Of a stretch of DNA of 64,000 nt, positions 1 through 9,923 are shown piece by piece. Numbering within the stretch: position 1 is the stretch's first letter; each line of letters begins with the position of its first letter. The DNA is taken from IMG/VR virus record IMGVR_UViG_3300028800_000001, positions 124,001 through 188,000 of that record; one strand, written 5' to 3'. The position numbers and the translations under genes are program-made. The notes beneath the pieces were generated by a model, which worked only from the letters and a program-made list of their open reading frames with translations, was not told the DNA's origin and ran no database searches.

Positions 1-193
1 AGATGTGGATGGGCTTCCCACCCGTTTCCGCCTCCACTTGCTGCGCAATAGCAACTTTTCCGTCATTACGCAGCGATCCTACGAGATAGGTTCCCTTTTT
101 AATTTCTTCTCTGGCTATTTGTTGAAATTGAACCATACGGCCAGAACGTGCGGTAGAAGAGGAAGAGGTGGCATCATATTGTGTCATTTTGGT

Positions 194-550
194 TTACACT
201 TTCTTGAGTAATGAGAGTAGGAGATTGCGCTCCAATAATTGCTGAATTCTATCAACTGGCAATTTTAATTTGGTGATTGAAGATTTGAAGGTGAGCACTG
301 TCACCTTGTCCTTTTTAACCGTCATGCGGTCATATTCCGCAAGTCCGATATTCTCCTGATAACGCACGCCGTCGTCATCTTCGTATCCAACACCTACGGC
401 AAAGTCACCCTCAATAAAGAGAATAGCTTTCACCGCGTTCCCTAGCTCAAGTTCCGGCGTCTCGAAACGAAAGGTCGTTTCCCCTGTTTTTCCGTTCACG
501 TCCAATCGAATGAACGTGACTTCCATCTCTAACTTTTCATAATTACTCAT
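194..550 (-). CDS. hypothetical protein
   Basis: 118-aa ORF whose start overlaps the stop of the upstream gene; no motif recognised. Confidence 0.55.
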   Translation of the reverse strand: MSNYEKLEMEVTFIRLDVNGKTGETTFRFETPELELGNAVKAILFIEGDFAVGVGYEDDDGVRYQENIGLAEYDRMTVKKDKVTVLTFKSSITKLKLPVDRIQQLLERNLLLSLLKKV

Positions 551-869
551 TTAATTCTTCCTCGTTGGCATACATTTCTGCAAGCGCTGGCAGATGCTCA
601 GGCCGTACACACACAAGCTGTACTCCACATATATCGATTAGAAAGGCTGGATGCTTGTGTAAAATTTTAGCGTTATGGCAAAGCATTAATATGTCGTCTA
701 ACTTCATACTGATACTTTTGTTTTGGGTGGACTTGAGCTGATAGAGAAAACGCTCGTCCTCTCCATCCTCCGGTTCCACCCACGTATTGCCTGAACCGCG
801 TGTCGGTTTGACGCCTAACGCGTTCAGGACTTGCTTTTCGTATTTAAACTCATTTCTCTTCGATGCCAT
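543..869 (-). CDS. Hjc-like PD-(D/E)XK Holliday junction resolvase/endonuclease
   Basis: N-terminal YEK..LG..TRGSG, then EDG..LYQLKST; size and motif pattern match phage/archaeal Hjc-type nucleases. Confidence 0.6.
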   Translation of the reverse strand: MASKRNEFKYEKQVLNALGVKPTRGSGNTWVEPEDGEDERFLYQLKSTQNKSISMKLDDILMLCHNAKILHKHPAFLIDICGVQLVCVRPEHLPALAEMYANEEELNE

Positions 870-977
870 CTTTTTCCTCTTCTAAAAAGCGATCTCACTT
901 ACTATATTGCCCAAACGAAGAGGGAATATAATATTTTTCAAACGAATTTTCTAAAAAAGAAAAAAGAAATTAATTAA

Positions 978-1652
978 TTACGCCGCAAGCATCTCGCCAG
1001 GAGAAAAGGTGGTTTTTCGTACCGTTCCTAGAAACGTCCAACTCTGCGCCTGTACCCCATAGAGTGCCAAGTAAGGAATGCCGAGCGCGTCCTGGTAAAA
1101 CACTAAAAGACGTGCCTCACCGGACGTTTGCGCAAGAATAGTGAGCCCATCGACACGATCAGGGACACAGGCAGGCAGACGCGCAGGAATGATTGTTACC
1201 TTCTCTTTGTCACCAGCAGCAACGACAGAAGTACCATGAGACGCAAGACAATGTTCACCATCCGTTATTACTACAGAGACGTTGAGTGCCACGCCAACGC
1301 CAGTATTACGCAAAGTAAGCGGTTGATGCGTCCATTCAGTGAGTTTGAGATGACCGTAAGGGGTTACGAGCGGAGTCGCAGTAAGCATACCAACAGATTC
1401 GATGTGACTGACGCCAGAGGAAAAGAGATCAGTCATTTGATCGAGCGTTTCGTTGATGAACTTTTTGCCATACACGTGTGTATATACCATAAGCCCTACA
1501 GAGAAGAGAAATAAGCAGCAGACGAAATACACCAGGAAACTAATGCTCCCAGCCATGTTAAGAACTGAAAGCGTGACGAGTAGAGACAGGAAAAAGGCAG
1601 CGAAGAAGCAAACGAACGTAATAAGTAACCGATCATTATTTGGTGCTTCCAT
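978..1652 (-). CDS. membrane protein (two N-terminal TM helices, soluble beta-rich domain)
   Basis: hydrophobic stretches at about aa 9-60. Confidence 0.55.
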   Translation of the reverse strand: MEAPNNDRLLITFVCFFAAFFLSLLVTLSVLNMAGSISFLVYFVCCLFLFSVGLMVYTHVYGKKFINETLDQMTDLFSSGVSHIESVGMLTATPLVTPYGHLKLTEWTHQPLTLRNTGVGVALNVSVVITDGEHCLASHGTSVVAAGDKEKVTIIPARLPACVPDRVDGLTILAQTSGEARLLVFYQDALGIPYLALYGVQAQSWTFLGTVRKTTFSPGEMLAA

Positions 1653-1732
1653 TGATATTCTCCAGATGAAATTTACATACGATCACCTTTTACTTTCTTT
1701 TTAAAGACATGTACATTTAAGTGGAAAAGAAA

Positions 1733-2914
1733 CTACTTGGCTTGCTCTCGCGCCTGCCAGAGCCCAGCAAAGTATGCCAGTTCTCGAAATGCCTTGAAGA
1801 TCACCGCAGGGTTTGCCCCTGTTGATTTGCCTGCCTTACGCGGTAAATGCTTCACGCCCACCTCTGTGTAAGAATATCCAGCGCGGATAAACTTATAGAC
1901 CACTTCGGTAGACAGGAGCGCGCCCCGCGCCTCTATTTTCACTGATTGAAAATATTCGGTACGAAATAGTTTAAAGGCACAGTCAACATCTTTGATGGAG
2001 AGACCAAAGACAAACCGTACAACCCTATTCCAGCCCCAGGCATTTAGCTTGCGTATCCAGGGATCTTGTCGGTTCATACGATAGCCGAAGACACCATCGT
2101 ATGAGGAGAGAAGGGGAAGCATACTGTTTAAATCACGTATGTCAAATTGCCCATCAGCGTCCATATACATTGTATACTGTTTAGTTGCTTTTGAAAAGCC
2201 TGTAGCCAGCGCTCCACCGTATCCCTGATTCTTTTCGTGTGAATATAACTTCACACGTGGCTCAAACGTGGCAATACTTTTCACGACCCCTGCTGTGTTG
2301 TCACGAGAGCCATCATTGATCACAATAATCTCAAAGTCTTCCACCATACGCACCAGCGACCAGATACAAGCAGAGAGAAACTTTTGTACGTCTTTTTCTT
2401 GATCACGCACTACAACCACAAGAGAAAGCGTGAGTTCATGCTTTATTGTTCTTGGACGCCCTGGTATCATTTTATCCATACGTTCCTTCCCTACCACAAA
2501 GACACAAACAAGTAATGCAACAAAAGAAAATGCCATACAGAGTATCGCCACAAGCACCTTTACAAGTAGCGAATCAATACCGGCCCCTGTTACAGGAAGA
2601 ACTTTCATCACCATCGACAAAACACCTGTATTCAGTATCATATTTCCTCCAGTGACAAGCGTGAAGCGAGAAACTTGCTTCGTTGTAATTTTTCCTCGCT
2701 CCTGAAACGTCCAGAACTTATTACAGAAAAAGCTATTGATCGAAGCAATAAAGACTGCAATTGCATTATAGAAAAGCACTTTCCACCCTTCTGACGTAGG
2801 CCACATCCAGAGTAAAAAGTTTAAAGCTACAATATCAATGACTAAATTGATCGATCCAATGACCGAGAATTTTAAGATTTTTTTGAACATTTTTATTTTG
2901 GTAAAAACTACCAA
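1733..2914 (-). CDS. GtrA-like flippase domain fused to a polyprenyl-phosphate glycosyltransferase (GT2, DPM1/GtrB-like)
   Basis: N-half has 4 TMs with KFSVIG..N..SFFCNKFWTF (GtrA); C-half has INDGSRD, NQGYGGA, MDADGQF, DVDCAFKLF. Likely start is ATG 2890. Confidence 0.85.
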   Translation of the reverse strand: MVVFTKIKMFKKILKFSVIGSINLVIDIVALNFLLWMWPTSEGWKVLFYNAIAVFIASINSFFCNKFWTFQERGKITTKQVSRFTLVTGGNMILNTGVLSMVMKVLPVTGAGIDSLLVKVLVAILCMAFSFVALLVCVFVVGKERMDKMIPGRPRTIKHELTLSLVVVVRDQEKDVQKFLSACIWSLVRMVEDFEIIVINDGSRDNTAGVVKSIATFEPRVKLYSHEKNQGYGGALATGFSKATKQYTMYMDADGQFDIRDLNSMLPLLSSYDGVFGYRMNRQDPWIRKLNAWGWNRVVRFVFGLSIKDVDCAFKLFRTEYFQSVKIEARGALLSTEVVYKFIRAGYSYTEVGVKHLPRKAGKSTGANPAVIFKAFRELAYFAGLWQAREQAK

Positions 2915-5900
2915 TTCCCTTTGCCAGGATACTTACCGTTAAAACAATAAAGATGAGTACTTGAAATACTATCAGGGATGGGATTTTTAGGCAGCTTTGA
3001 AATCAGCCTCTTCTGAACGTACAAATTGGTAGATTGACCAAAAGCAACCAGAGAGAAGGAATTCTTGAATACTTTCGAATTAACGTCTATTAGCATAGGA
3101 TATCTTGCATCAGCGTTTCTCACCCCAACAATAACCCAATCAACATACAAGGAAGGATTCTTTAATGCTTTCGAAAGCACTTGGTTTGATCCAGAGTAAA
3201 TAATGTTTCTAAAATGTATGCCAACCACTTGCGATTCGTCTGGACTTTCAAGATATGTATCTTCAAGTATTGTTCCGCCGTTATAATGCTGCGAAAGATA
3301 GATATTCACATTTCTGGTTATATAGCAGCTCTGCCCATATTGACCATCCTCCAACGAAATAATTCCATTCTCAAAAATAAAAAAAGATTGCGCTACCAAT
3401 ACAATGCCAACAAGGAGATAAAGAACGTTCTTCGTAAAATTTCTTTTAAAGAAGCTAGCAAAAATTCCTAGACACATTGCAACAAAGAAACTCGCCGGTA
3501 AAACCGATTCGGTTCCAAAGCGAGCATTGAATAAGTCATTACTCACGCCAGGAACTAATATAACCACTTGACCAGTATAGAACGATATTGCGTAAAAAAG
3601 CAGCGGAGATAAAAAAGCAACTGAAGCAATGAATCTATTCGAAAGCCTTTCCTTTAAAAAGAAAGCGGCTAGACCAATTACTGAAAGCGTCGAAACAAGA
3701 ATCCCTATCGTGTCGTAACAAGCTAAAACATAATATCTAATATCTTGAACGATATTATGTTTTAGAATAGAAACTTGGTTTGGATAAAAATATTGCATCT
3801 GGTCTTGTGACGAATACGGCCCCTGCTGAAAGTAGAGAGCATTCCCAAATATTACTTTATTCCAAGCAAACCATAGAACAATACCAAGCCCTCCTATAAT
3901 ACAGAATATCAAAATGTCCGATTGTATTTCCTTCCAACTCTTCCTTTGTCTTATATCAATGAATAGCATCAAACATACAACAGAACCAAAAAGTACCCAC
4001 CCATCATATCTAGCTAGAGTGGCTAGAAAAGAAAAGATTGCAGTCAGAATAAGATATTTATATTTTCTCTCGGAGCCCCACAGTAAGAAAAAATATGCCG
4101 TTGCAGAAAATGCAGCAAAACAAACCGGCTCAGACAATGGCGTTGTCTGTAAGTATAGAACATTAGGATTAGTCAAAAAAACCAACACTCCAATAAAGCT
4201 CGCAATTCTGTTTCCAGTTACCATTGCGCAAGAAAAGAATAAAAATATTGCCGCTATAATATAACAAATCATCGAAGATATGCTACCTGCTAGTCCAGTC
4301 TTCCAAAGCCAATCGTTCCATATAAAAGGCAGCATAATCAAATGAGGTAAGGGGAGCCAAACTGTTCCTAATTGTCCAAACCCAGGAGTGGCACTATCAA
4401 TTACCGCACGAGCTATTCTCATATGCGAATAAGCATCATTATAGAGTAAAATATCCTGATGCAAAAAAGAATAAGTCGTAAAAGAAACGCTTAGAATTAT
4501 CGCCAGCAAAATAACTGCGTAAGATGAATAATCCTTAATCCTTACCTTTTTGCCAGTATGCTTTGCTTTCTTCATATCTTTGGTAATGGCTGCGCTCTGC
4601 ACCGTGGGCATTGCCAATATTTCTTCCGTGACGCTGCGCATGGCCCTGTACGACTGCGCTTTCTCCACCGGTACCAGATCTTGCGTGGTCACCGCACTAT
4701 GAAAAGCCGTATCCTCTTTGGCAAGCGCCACAATCTTATTGCTGGTCTCTTTCCACGCCTGATCAGGATCTTTGCCTGCAATATGCGTCCCGTGTCTCGT
4801 CTTCTCCCAATAATGGGGCTTCGTAATCAACTGAAAGAGTCCCTTGACCGCCGCTGCGCTAATCAGTAACCAATATACAGGCAACAACAGACACCACTTT
4901 ACGAGCTCGTAGCGCTCTCTATTCATACAGGCAATCATGGCAACATAGAGACAAAAAAGATTCCCAAAGATCAGGCATAACGTGCCCAGGTACAGAACCG
5001 GCGCTGGAAAGAGAATATGGTAAATTCCTTCGACATGACTTCTGAAAAAAAGATACACAAAGAACATGGCCCACATCAGAGGGTTGATGAAAAAGATCAC
5101 GGTGCCCACACCAATAATCCATTGCAACGAGAAAAAGGTTTTGATGCGGCTCTTCTTACGAAAGGTGTTGGTAGGATGGCGCGTTTGCACCAGGAAGGTT
5201 TGCATGTACCCTTTAATCCAGCGTGAGCGCTGACGCAGCCAGTTGCCGATATTGGCTGTTGCCTCTTCGTAGGTGGTGGAGGACAGCATTGCGGTCTTGA
5301 GTCCATACTGCGCAAGACGCATGCCCAGGTCGCAGTCTTCAGTCACATTGTACGAATCCCAGCCGCCAAGAGCGCGAAGGTACGTGGTTTGGAAATGATT
5401 GGATGTTCCACCAAGAGGAAGCGCAATACCAATACGCGACAACGCTGGCAGTATCATATCAAACCACACTGAGTATTCTATCGTGAAAAAGCGCGTAAGT
5501 AAAGATTGACGCGTATTGTAGAAGTTGAGTGACGCCTGCACACAGGCAACCTCTGGCCCGTGTTGCGCAAAGGTGAGTACGGCTTTCTTGAGTTGGGAAG
5601 GCTGAGGTACATCTTCCGCATCATAGATCACACAATACTGACCTTTAGCAAACATGAGGCCATAGTTACACGCACGTGGCTTTGTCCGTGGAGACCCCGT
5701 AGGGACGGAGACCACTGCGCAAAACGCTGGCAACGACAAGAGCGACATGGCCGTGTGCGTCTCTTTGTCGTCTTCTTCCAAAAGAAACAACACCTGGAGC
5801 TTATCTTTGGGATAATCCAGTTGCAACATCGCTCGTACATATTGCGGCACAATCTTGGCTTCTTTATAGAGTGGGCACAAAATGGTATAGGTCGGCCAAT

Positions 5901-6459
5901 CGGCACCATCAAGCGCCTCCACAATCTTATCGTCAATAGGTGTGACCGATTCTATGCCCTTTGGGCGTAACAATGCGTAGGCCAGGGTGCAAAGATGAAA
6001 GGTATACAGGAGAACGCAGAGCGCGCACAAGACCGAAAGCGTGGCAAGACCAAAGAAACCCAGGCACAGCGCAAGAACGGCAACCAGCAAACCAAGAAAT
6101 GTATATTGACCGGCTGTAATAGTGCGCAAGGCTGAAAGCTGCATGCGAAACGGGGCATAGGGATGAATTTGTTTTTCGCCAACGGTGAAGGTTTGATCAG
6201 CTATCTGCTTATAATCAAAGATTTCCTGATCTTGTCCATGACTGCTATAGCGCTGCGATTGTATCTTCAGCCAGTTGGCGTATTGTTCTAGTTCGCCACG
6301 CTGCGCTGGCGGAAAATCTTCTGACTTCCATTTACGATACTGCTGTTGCATATTCCCATATTCCCCATTTTTCAATTTAAATTTAGTTGCGTGTACCACG
6401 TCTTGATCGTTCGTGCGGCCTCTGTATTCTTTAACGAGAACGCACCGACATCGTCCCAT
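2908..6459 (-). CDS. processive GT2 glycosyltransferase fused to a GT-C (ArnT/PMT-like) membrane glycosyltransferase
   Basis: N-half has LCPLYKE, TKPRACNYG, YDAED, LGGTSNHF, VTEDCDLG, QRSRWIKG; C-half has DAYSHMRIAR, WLPLPHL, PLSEP, RYDGW and many TMs. The true start is probably downstream of 6459. Confidence 0.85.
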   Translation of the reverse strand: MGRCRCVLVKEYRGRTNDQDVVHATKFKLKNGEYGNMQQQYRKWKSEDFPPAQRGELEQYANWLKIQSQRYSSHGQDQEIFDYKQIADQTFTVGEKQIHPYAPFRMQLSALRTITAGQYTFLGLLVAVLALCLGFFGLATLSVLCALCVLLYTFHLCTLAYALLRPKGIESVTPIDDKIVEALDGADWPTYTILCPLYKEAKIVPQYVRAMLQLDYPKDKLQVLFLLEEDDKETHTAMSLLSLPAFCAVVSVPTGSPRTKPRACNYGLMFAKGQYCVIYDAEDVPQPSQLKKAVLTFAQHGPEVACVQASLNFYNTRQSLLTRFFTIEYSVWFDMILPALSRIGIALPLGGTSNHFQTTYLRALGGWDSYNVTEDCDLGMRLAQYGLKTAMLSSTTYEEATANIGNWLRQRSRWIKGYMQTFLVQTRHPTNTFRKKSRIKTFFSLQWIIGVGTVIFFINPLMWAMFFVYLFFRSHVEGIYHILFPAPVLYLGTLCLIFGNLFCLYVAMIACMNRERYELVKWCLLLPVYWLLISAAAVKGLFQLITKPHYWEKTRHGTHIAGKDPDQAWKETSNKIVALAKEDTAFHSAVTTQDLVPVEKAQSYRAMRSVTEEILAMPTVQSAAITKDMKKAKHTGKKVRIKDYSSYAVILLAIILSVSFTTYSFLHQDILLYNDAYSHMRIARAVIDSATPGFGQLGTVWLPLPHLIMLPFIWNDWLWKTGLAGSISSMICYIIAAIFLFFSCAMVTGNRIASFIGVLVFLTNPNVLYLQTTPLSEPVCFAAFSATAYFFLLWGSERKYKYLILTAIFSFLATLARYDGWVLFGSVVCLMLFIDIRQRKSWKEIQSDILIFCIIGGLGIVLWFAWNKVIFGNALYFQQGPYSSQDQMQYFYPNQVSILKHNIVQDIRYYVLACYDTIGILVSTLSVIGLAAFFLKERLSNRFIASVAFLSPLLFYAISFYTGQVVILVPGVSNDLFNARFGTESVLPASFFVAMCLGIFASFFKRNFTKNVLYLLVGIVLVAQSFFIFENGIISLEDGQYGQSCYITRNVNIYLSQHYNGGTILEDTYLESPDESQVVGIHFRNIIYSGSNQVLSKALKNPSLYVDWVIVGVRNADARYPMLIDVNSKVFKNSFSLVAFGQSTNLYVQKRLISKLPKNPIPDSISSTHLYCFNGKYPGKGNW

Positions 6460-7502
6460 CCCCAGAAGAAAGTCCCATGAATAAGTTCGTCTTTCGCGAC
6501 ATAACTGAGCGCCGCGTTCACCGCCCCTGCTTGCTCACTTTGATCTTCGGCTGTTGTACTCGTCTGTCTCCAGGGCTCAAAGAAAGAATCGGTGCTATCG
6601 CGGTAACCAATCTCAGAAATAATAAGCATCTTATGCACCCGCGCCGCGTACAGATCAAGTTGCTCCCCTACAGTGCTTGCCCACAGCGCCCCCATTTGTG
6701 CCGGATCAACTCTGTAGCCAGAAGAAATAATTGGAATGTACTCAGAGACGCCAATGTAGTCAAGCGAGGAAAACCAGGAAGGGGGGTTGTCTTCAAGGTT
6801 TCCCCAATTCGTATCATACGTCACCTTGCCTGAGAAGAGTGCGCGCACCTGCGCAATATACCTCTCCCATAAGTCAGTCTGCCCATTGTTTTGTAACCAT
6901 CCGGCCTCTGTACCCAACGAGAGCTGTTCTACGCGGTTCTGCTGTGCCACCTCGATATAAGGCGTGTAGAGTTTCTCAAACGCCGTAAACCATGTTTGCT
7001 CTTGTACGGTCGTATCAAAGGTAATGAGATTGGCCCAGCCACCAGTTGCGCGTGTCGTAAGTAGCGGAATAAGAAAAATATGATAGCCATGCGCATGCGC
7101 GGCTTTTACACCTGCCGTAAAGGTGGCAAGTGAAGGCGTCACATGATCAAAGAAAGAATTAGCGTTCTCTGCCTGCGAGAAAACCAGCGGCATTTCAATC
7201 CAGGCCGCACCCGTTTGCTCGTGAAGACTGCTCATGCTTTGCTGCCACCCTGTATCCTTTGACCCGTAGCCATCAGTGTTCCACCTGGGGTAGACCATAC
7301 CCGTTTGAAACGCTTGCGCGCTACTATAAGGAGTTGGTGTTGCAGTCGGAGAAGGGGAATGAAATACAGTGGGCTTTGGGGAAACCACACTGCCTACTTT
7401 GCGTTGTACCGGAAAATCGTCCAGCGATGCGGTACCAATGGCAATAAACGCTACGGCCACAATCGCTACAAAAAAGAGACGAAATACGATACCACTTTTC
7501 AC
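6372..7502 (-). CDS. membrane-anchored/secreted glycoside hydrolase, GH113-like TIM barrel
   Basis: signal/TM helix, Pro-Thr linker, LSLGTE (acid/base), FSGKVTYDTNW, LDYIGVSEY, ISEIGY (nucleophile). Confidence 0.7.
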   Translation of the reverse strand: MKSGIVFRLFFVAIVAVAFIAIGTASLDDFPVQRKVGSVVSPKPTVFHSPSPTATPTPYSSAQAFQTGMVYPRWNTDGYGSKDTGWQQSMSSLHEQTGAAWIEMPLVFSQAENANSFFDHVTPSLATFTAGVKAAHAHGYHIFLIPLLTTRATGGWANLITFDTTVQEQTWFTAFEKLYTPYIEVAQQNRVEQLSLGTEAGWLQNNGQTDLWERYIAQVRALFSGKVTYDTNWGNLEDNPPSWFSSLDYIGVSEYIPIISSGYRVDPAQMGALWASTVGEQLDLYAARVHKMLIISEIGYRDSTDSFFEPWRQTSTTAEDQSEQAGAVNAALSYVAKDELIHGTFFWGWDDVGAFSLKNTEAARTIKTWYTQLNLN

Positions 7503-7503
7503 T

Positions 7504-8157
7504 TTACGTTTCTTCCTCTAATAAATTTTCATTTTGCGCGGCGACTAACCCAATGCACGCGGCTTCGGCTGAATCATGGTCAACGAGCATTCCGAAGACC
7601 TGTTCGATGTACCAGACCGAGAGCCCCTTGTCACTGAGCTCTCTACCAGGGGCACGCGAAAAGAGCGCTTCTTTCCAGTCTTTTGTATCAAGAGAATAGA
7701 CTGGAATGCCAAGTTTACGCGCTGAATGCACAATAAACCCATTGAGCTTCGCCAGGGATTCGACTGTTGGCAGTGAAATCCCTGTCTTCCGCTCTTTACC
7801 CACGACGCGTCCACCCACCTTGACAGCTCTTTCGTAGTTGGAAAAGAGACGCACCCGCTCTATAACCACCATACACGGCTTGTATTTCAGGCACCACTCA
7901 TGTGTCACCTGTGCAACAATTTCGCGCTTTTCCCACGGCTCCAACTTCTTTTGATCGCTGAAATCAATACAACCAATCTTGATCAACTGAAGCTGCGGAT
8001 CAAGTACCGCAATCCCTGTGCGCTCATTACTCTGGTCAAACGCCAGAATATTCCCCCCGTACTCTATGGAACGTTTCTTTTTGGTACGAGTAACACGACT
8101 ACTAGAACGGGTGCTCATCAGGCTCCTTATCTTCTCCTCCGAAGGCTGCGCGATCAT
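7504..8157 (-). CDS. ruvC: RuvC-like Holliday junction resolvase
   Basis: ILAFDQS..TGIAV, VVIER, DHDSAEAACIG. Confidence 0.7.
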   Translation of the reverse strand: MIAQPSEEKIRSLMSTRSSSRVTRTKKKRSIEYGGNILAFDQSNERTGIAVLDPQLQLIKIGCIDFSDQKKLEPWEKREIVAQVTHEWCLKYKPCMVVIERVRLFSNYERAVKVGGRVVGKERKTGISLPTVESLAKLNGFIVHSARKLGIPVYSLDTKDWKEALFSRAPGRELSDKGLSVWYIEQVFGMLVDHDSAEAACIGLVAAQNENLLEEET

Positions 8158-8647
8158 TTAAGAACACGTAAAGATAATAGCGCACCATATCGTAATCCAA
8201 CTTGGGCAGCAGGAGGCGTGACAAAAACAGGAAACGCTCTTTCGTGTCTACATCCTCTAGCACAATCTTATCGTTATGGAATCCAACAGTACTATAGCCA
8301 ATGGTTTGCGCTGTAATATTTAAGAGACGCATTGCCAGATGTTCTTTATTTTCCTCTGGCTGTAGGTGCGCTTTGAATTTATTGAAGTCTTCTGTTAATG
8401 CCGAAAGTTTCTCAGTACGGCGCGGTTTTTGCGTATACGGCTGTGGCGATCCCAGCGTTGGCGTCTTGTACGGAAGTGGTGCTGCCGGAATATAATTATC
8501 GTACTCCCGCTGTATCAAAATTGGCTCGATCTGTCCGTATTCGTTGATCTGTTCCTTCATAATTTCTTGCAGTTTTTCCATGTACTGCCGCTTCAATGGA
8601 TCGTCTGAGTTCTCGTAGTCCATCGCTTTGCTCCCATTCAATTTCAA
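8102..8647 (-). CDS. hypothetical protein
   Basis: ORF with a GGAG RBS before MDYENS; no motif recognised. Confidence 0.55.
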   Translation of the reverse strand: MKLNGSKAMDYENSDDPLKRQYMEKLQEIMKEQINEYGQIEPILIQREYDNYIPAAPLPYKTPTLGSPQPYTQKPRRTEKLSALTEDFNKFKAHLQPEENKEHLAMRLLNITAQTIGYSTVGFHNDKIVLEDVDTKERFLFLSRLLLPKLDYDMVRYYLYVFLNDRAAFGGEDKEPDEHPF

Positions 8648-8836
8648 TTACATCACTATTTCGATAAGGGGAACCGAAGAATTTGTCGGCACGCGCTGGA
8701 TGCACTGGGCACAAATCTTCTCGTTCATCGGCACGCGTATCTAGAAAGAAGCGTTCCCACTCTTCTTCTGTGAACAGTTCTACGTAGTATGGTCGTCTCG
8801 CGTTACGAGCGTCCAGACAACTTTTGAAGATGCGTC

Positions 8837-9571
8837 TCATGACCACTCCCAAATCAGCATTAAGCGCAAATCCCTTCTGCGTACAAAAAGCCCAAGATGG
8901 CGAAAGAGCCAGAGCGCGGTCTTTGCCCATTCATCGAACTCACCGAAGAACGCGTAACGCTGATGATTACGGATATCCTGTTTGAGTCGATTGAGTGCGC
9001 GCAAATCAATGGCTTTGAGCACTTCACGTGTCACCCGCTCTGGATGATTCTGTTGGAAGAAGAGTAGCGTTTTGAGCGCCTTCCCCTCTGGCGACCATTC
9101 CACGTCATCAAGTGTCAACGATGGCAACTCTTGAAAGCCAGGCTGCTGATACTTTTTCTCTAGCGAGCAGAGTGCATAGCGCAGATGATCATGCTCAATG
9201 CTGAGTGCCCCACCTATTTTATAGCCATAGAGCCCCGCAACGCCATACTCGCCGCTGCTGTATTGAAAGACTTCGTGAAACGGGTGCGCATTGCCCTCGC
9301 GATCCGTAAGATGATTGTACAGTGTCATCTGATCAAGATACATGTTTAGTTGCAGTAAATCTTTTTGCTCACGCGCCGCGTGCATTTGCTCATATGTTGG
9401 TTTCTCTGGTCTGGGTACCAGATCCTCCATTTTCTCCCATAGCGGTAGCTCGTCTTTTGAGACGTAGCATGGATACCCCATGAACTGCGGTTGCGGTACA
9501 GGGTATCCATCTTCATTTACAGGAAAATCATGCACGCCGCATATCAGTTGAAAATGCGGTCGGATTCCCAT
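8837..9571 (-). CDS. hypothetical protein
   Basis: 244-aa ORF in operon orientation. Confidence 0.6.
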   Translation of the reverse strand: MGIRPHFQLICGVHDFPVNEDGYPVPQPQFMGYPCYVSKDELPLWEKMEDLVPRPEKPTYEQMHAAREQKDLLQLNMYLDQMTLYNHLTDREGNAHPFHEVFQYSSGEYGVAGLYGYKIGGALSIEHDHLRYALCSLEKKYQQPGFQELPSLTLDDVEWSPEGKALKTLLFFQQNHPERVTREVLKAIDLRALNRLKQDIRNHQRYAFFGEFDEWAKTALWLFRHLGLFVRRRDLRLMLIWEWS

Positions 9572-9615
9572 CTAGTTCTTTCCTTTTTTATATTTGAGCA
9601 TTTCTTGCGTCTCTA

Positions 9616-9858
9616 TTAGTGAATGACACTCGACTGCCCACCAGTTGAAACGGCATTCACCGTCAACGTGTTGGGTGTAAAGCTCCACGTCCACTGGCCC
9701 ACAGTAAAGCGCTCCTGGCAGTAGACGCAAATCTGATAGACATTGAGCGGTACTGCGGTGTCATCCACCTCTGGCGTATACGCACCGCCTGCTGCTGCGT
9801 CAAACCAGAAGGTTGCGCGCCCATCCTGAGCTCCACAAATTTCACAAAAAGGTGGCAT
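9616..9858 (-). CDS. small Cys-containing (CxxC...CxxC) hypothetical protein
   Basis: CEIC and CVYC pairs. Confidence 0.5.
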   Translation of the reverse strand: MPPFCEICGAQDGRATFWFDAAAGGAYTPEVDDTAVPLNVYQICVYCQERFTVGQWTWSFTPNTLTVNAVSTGGQSSVIH

Positions 9859-9923
9859 TGTTTTCTCTCTTTCTGGATAGTAAACAACTGATCGTGATGA
9901 TCATTTTCTTTTTGCATGAATAT

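Noticed and set aside
8496-8840. Possible gene MRRIFKSC... overlapping the 8102-8647 ORF
   Set aside because: The ATGA-coupled start is plausible, but the ~130-nt out-of-frame overlap with a better-supported gene leaves it unresolved; not listed as a feature.
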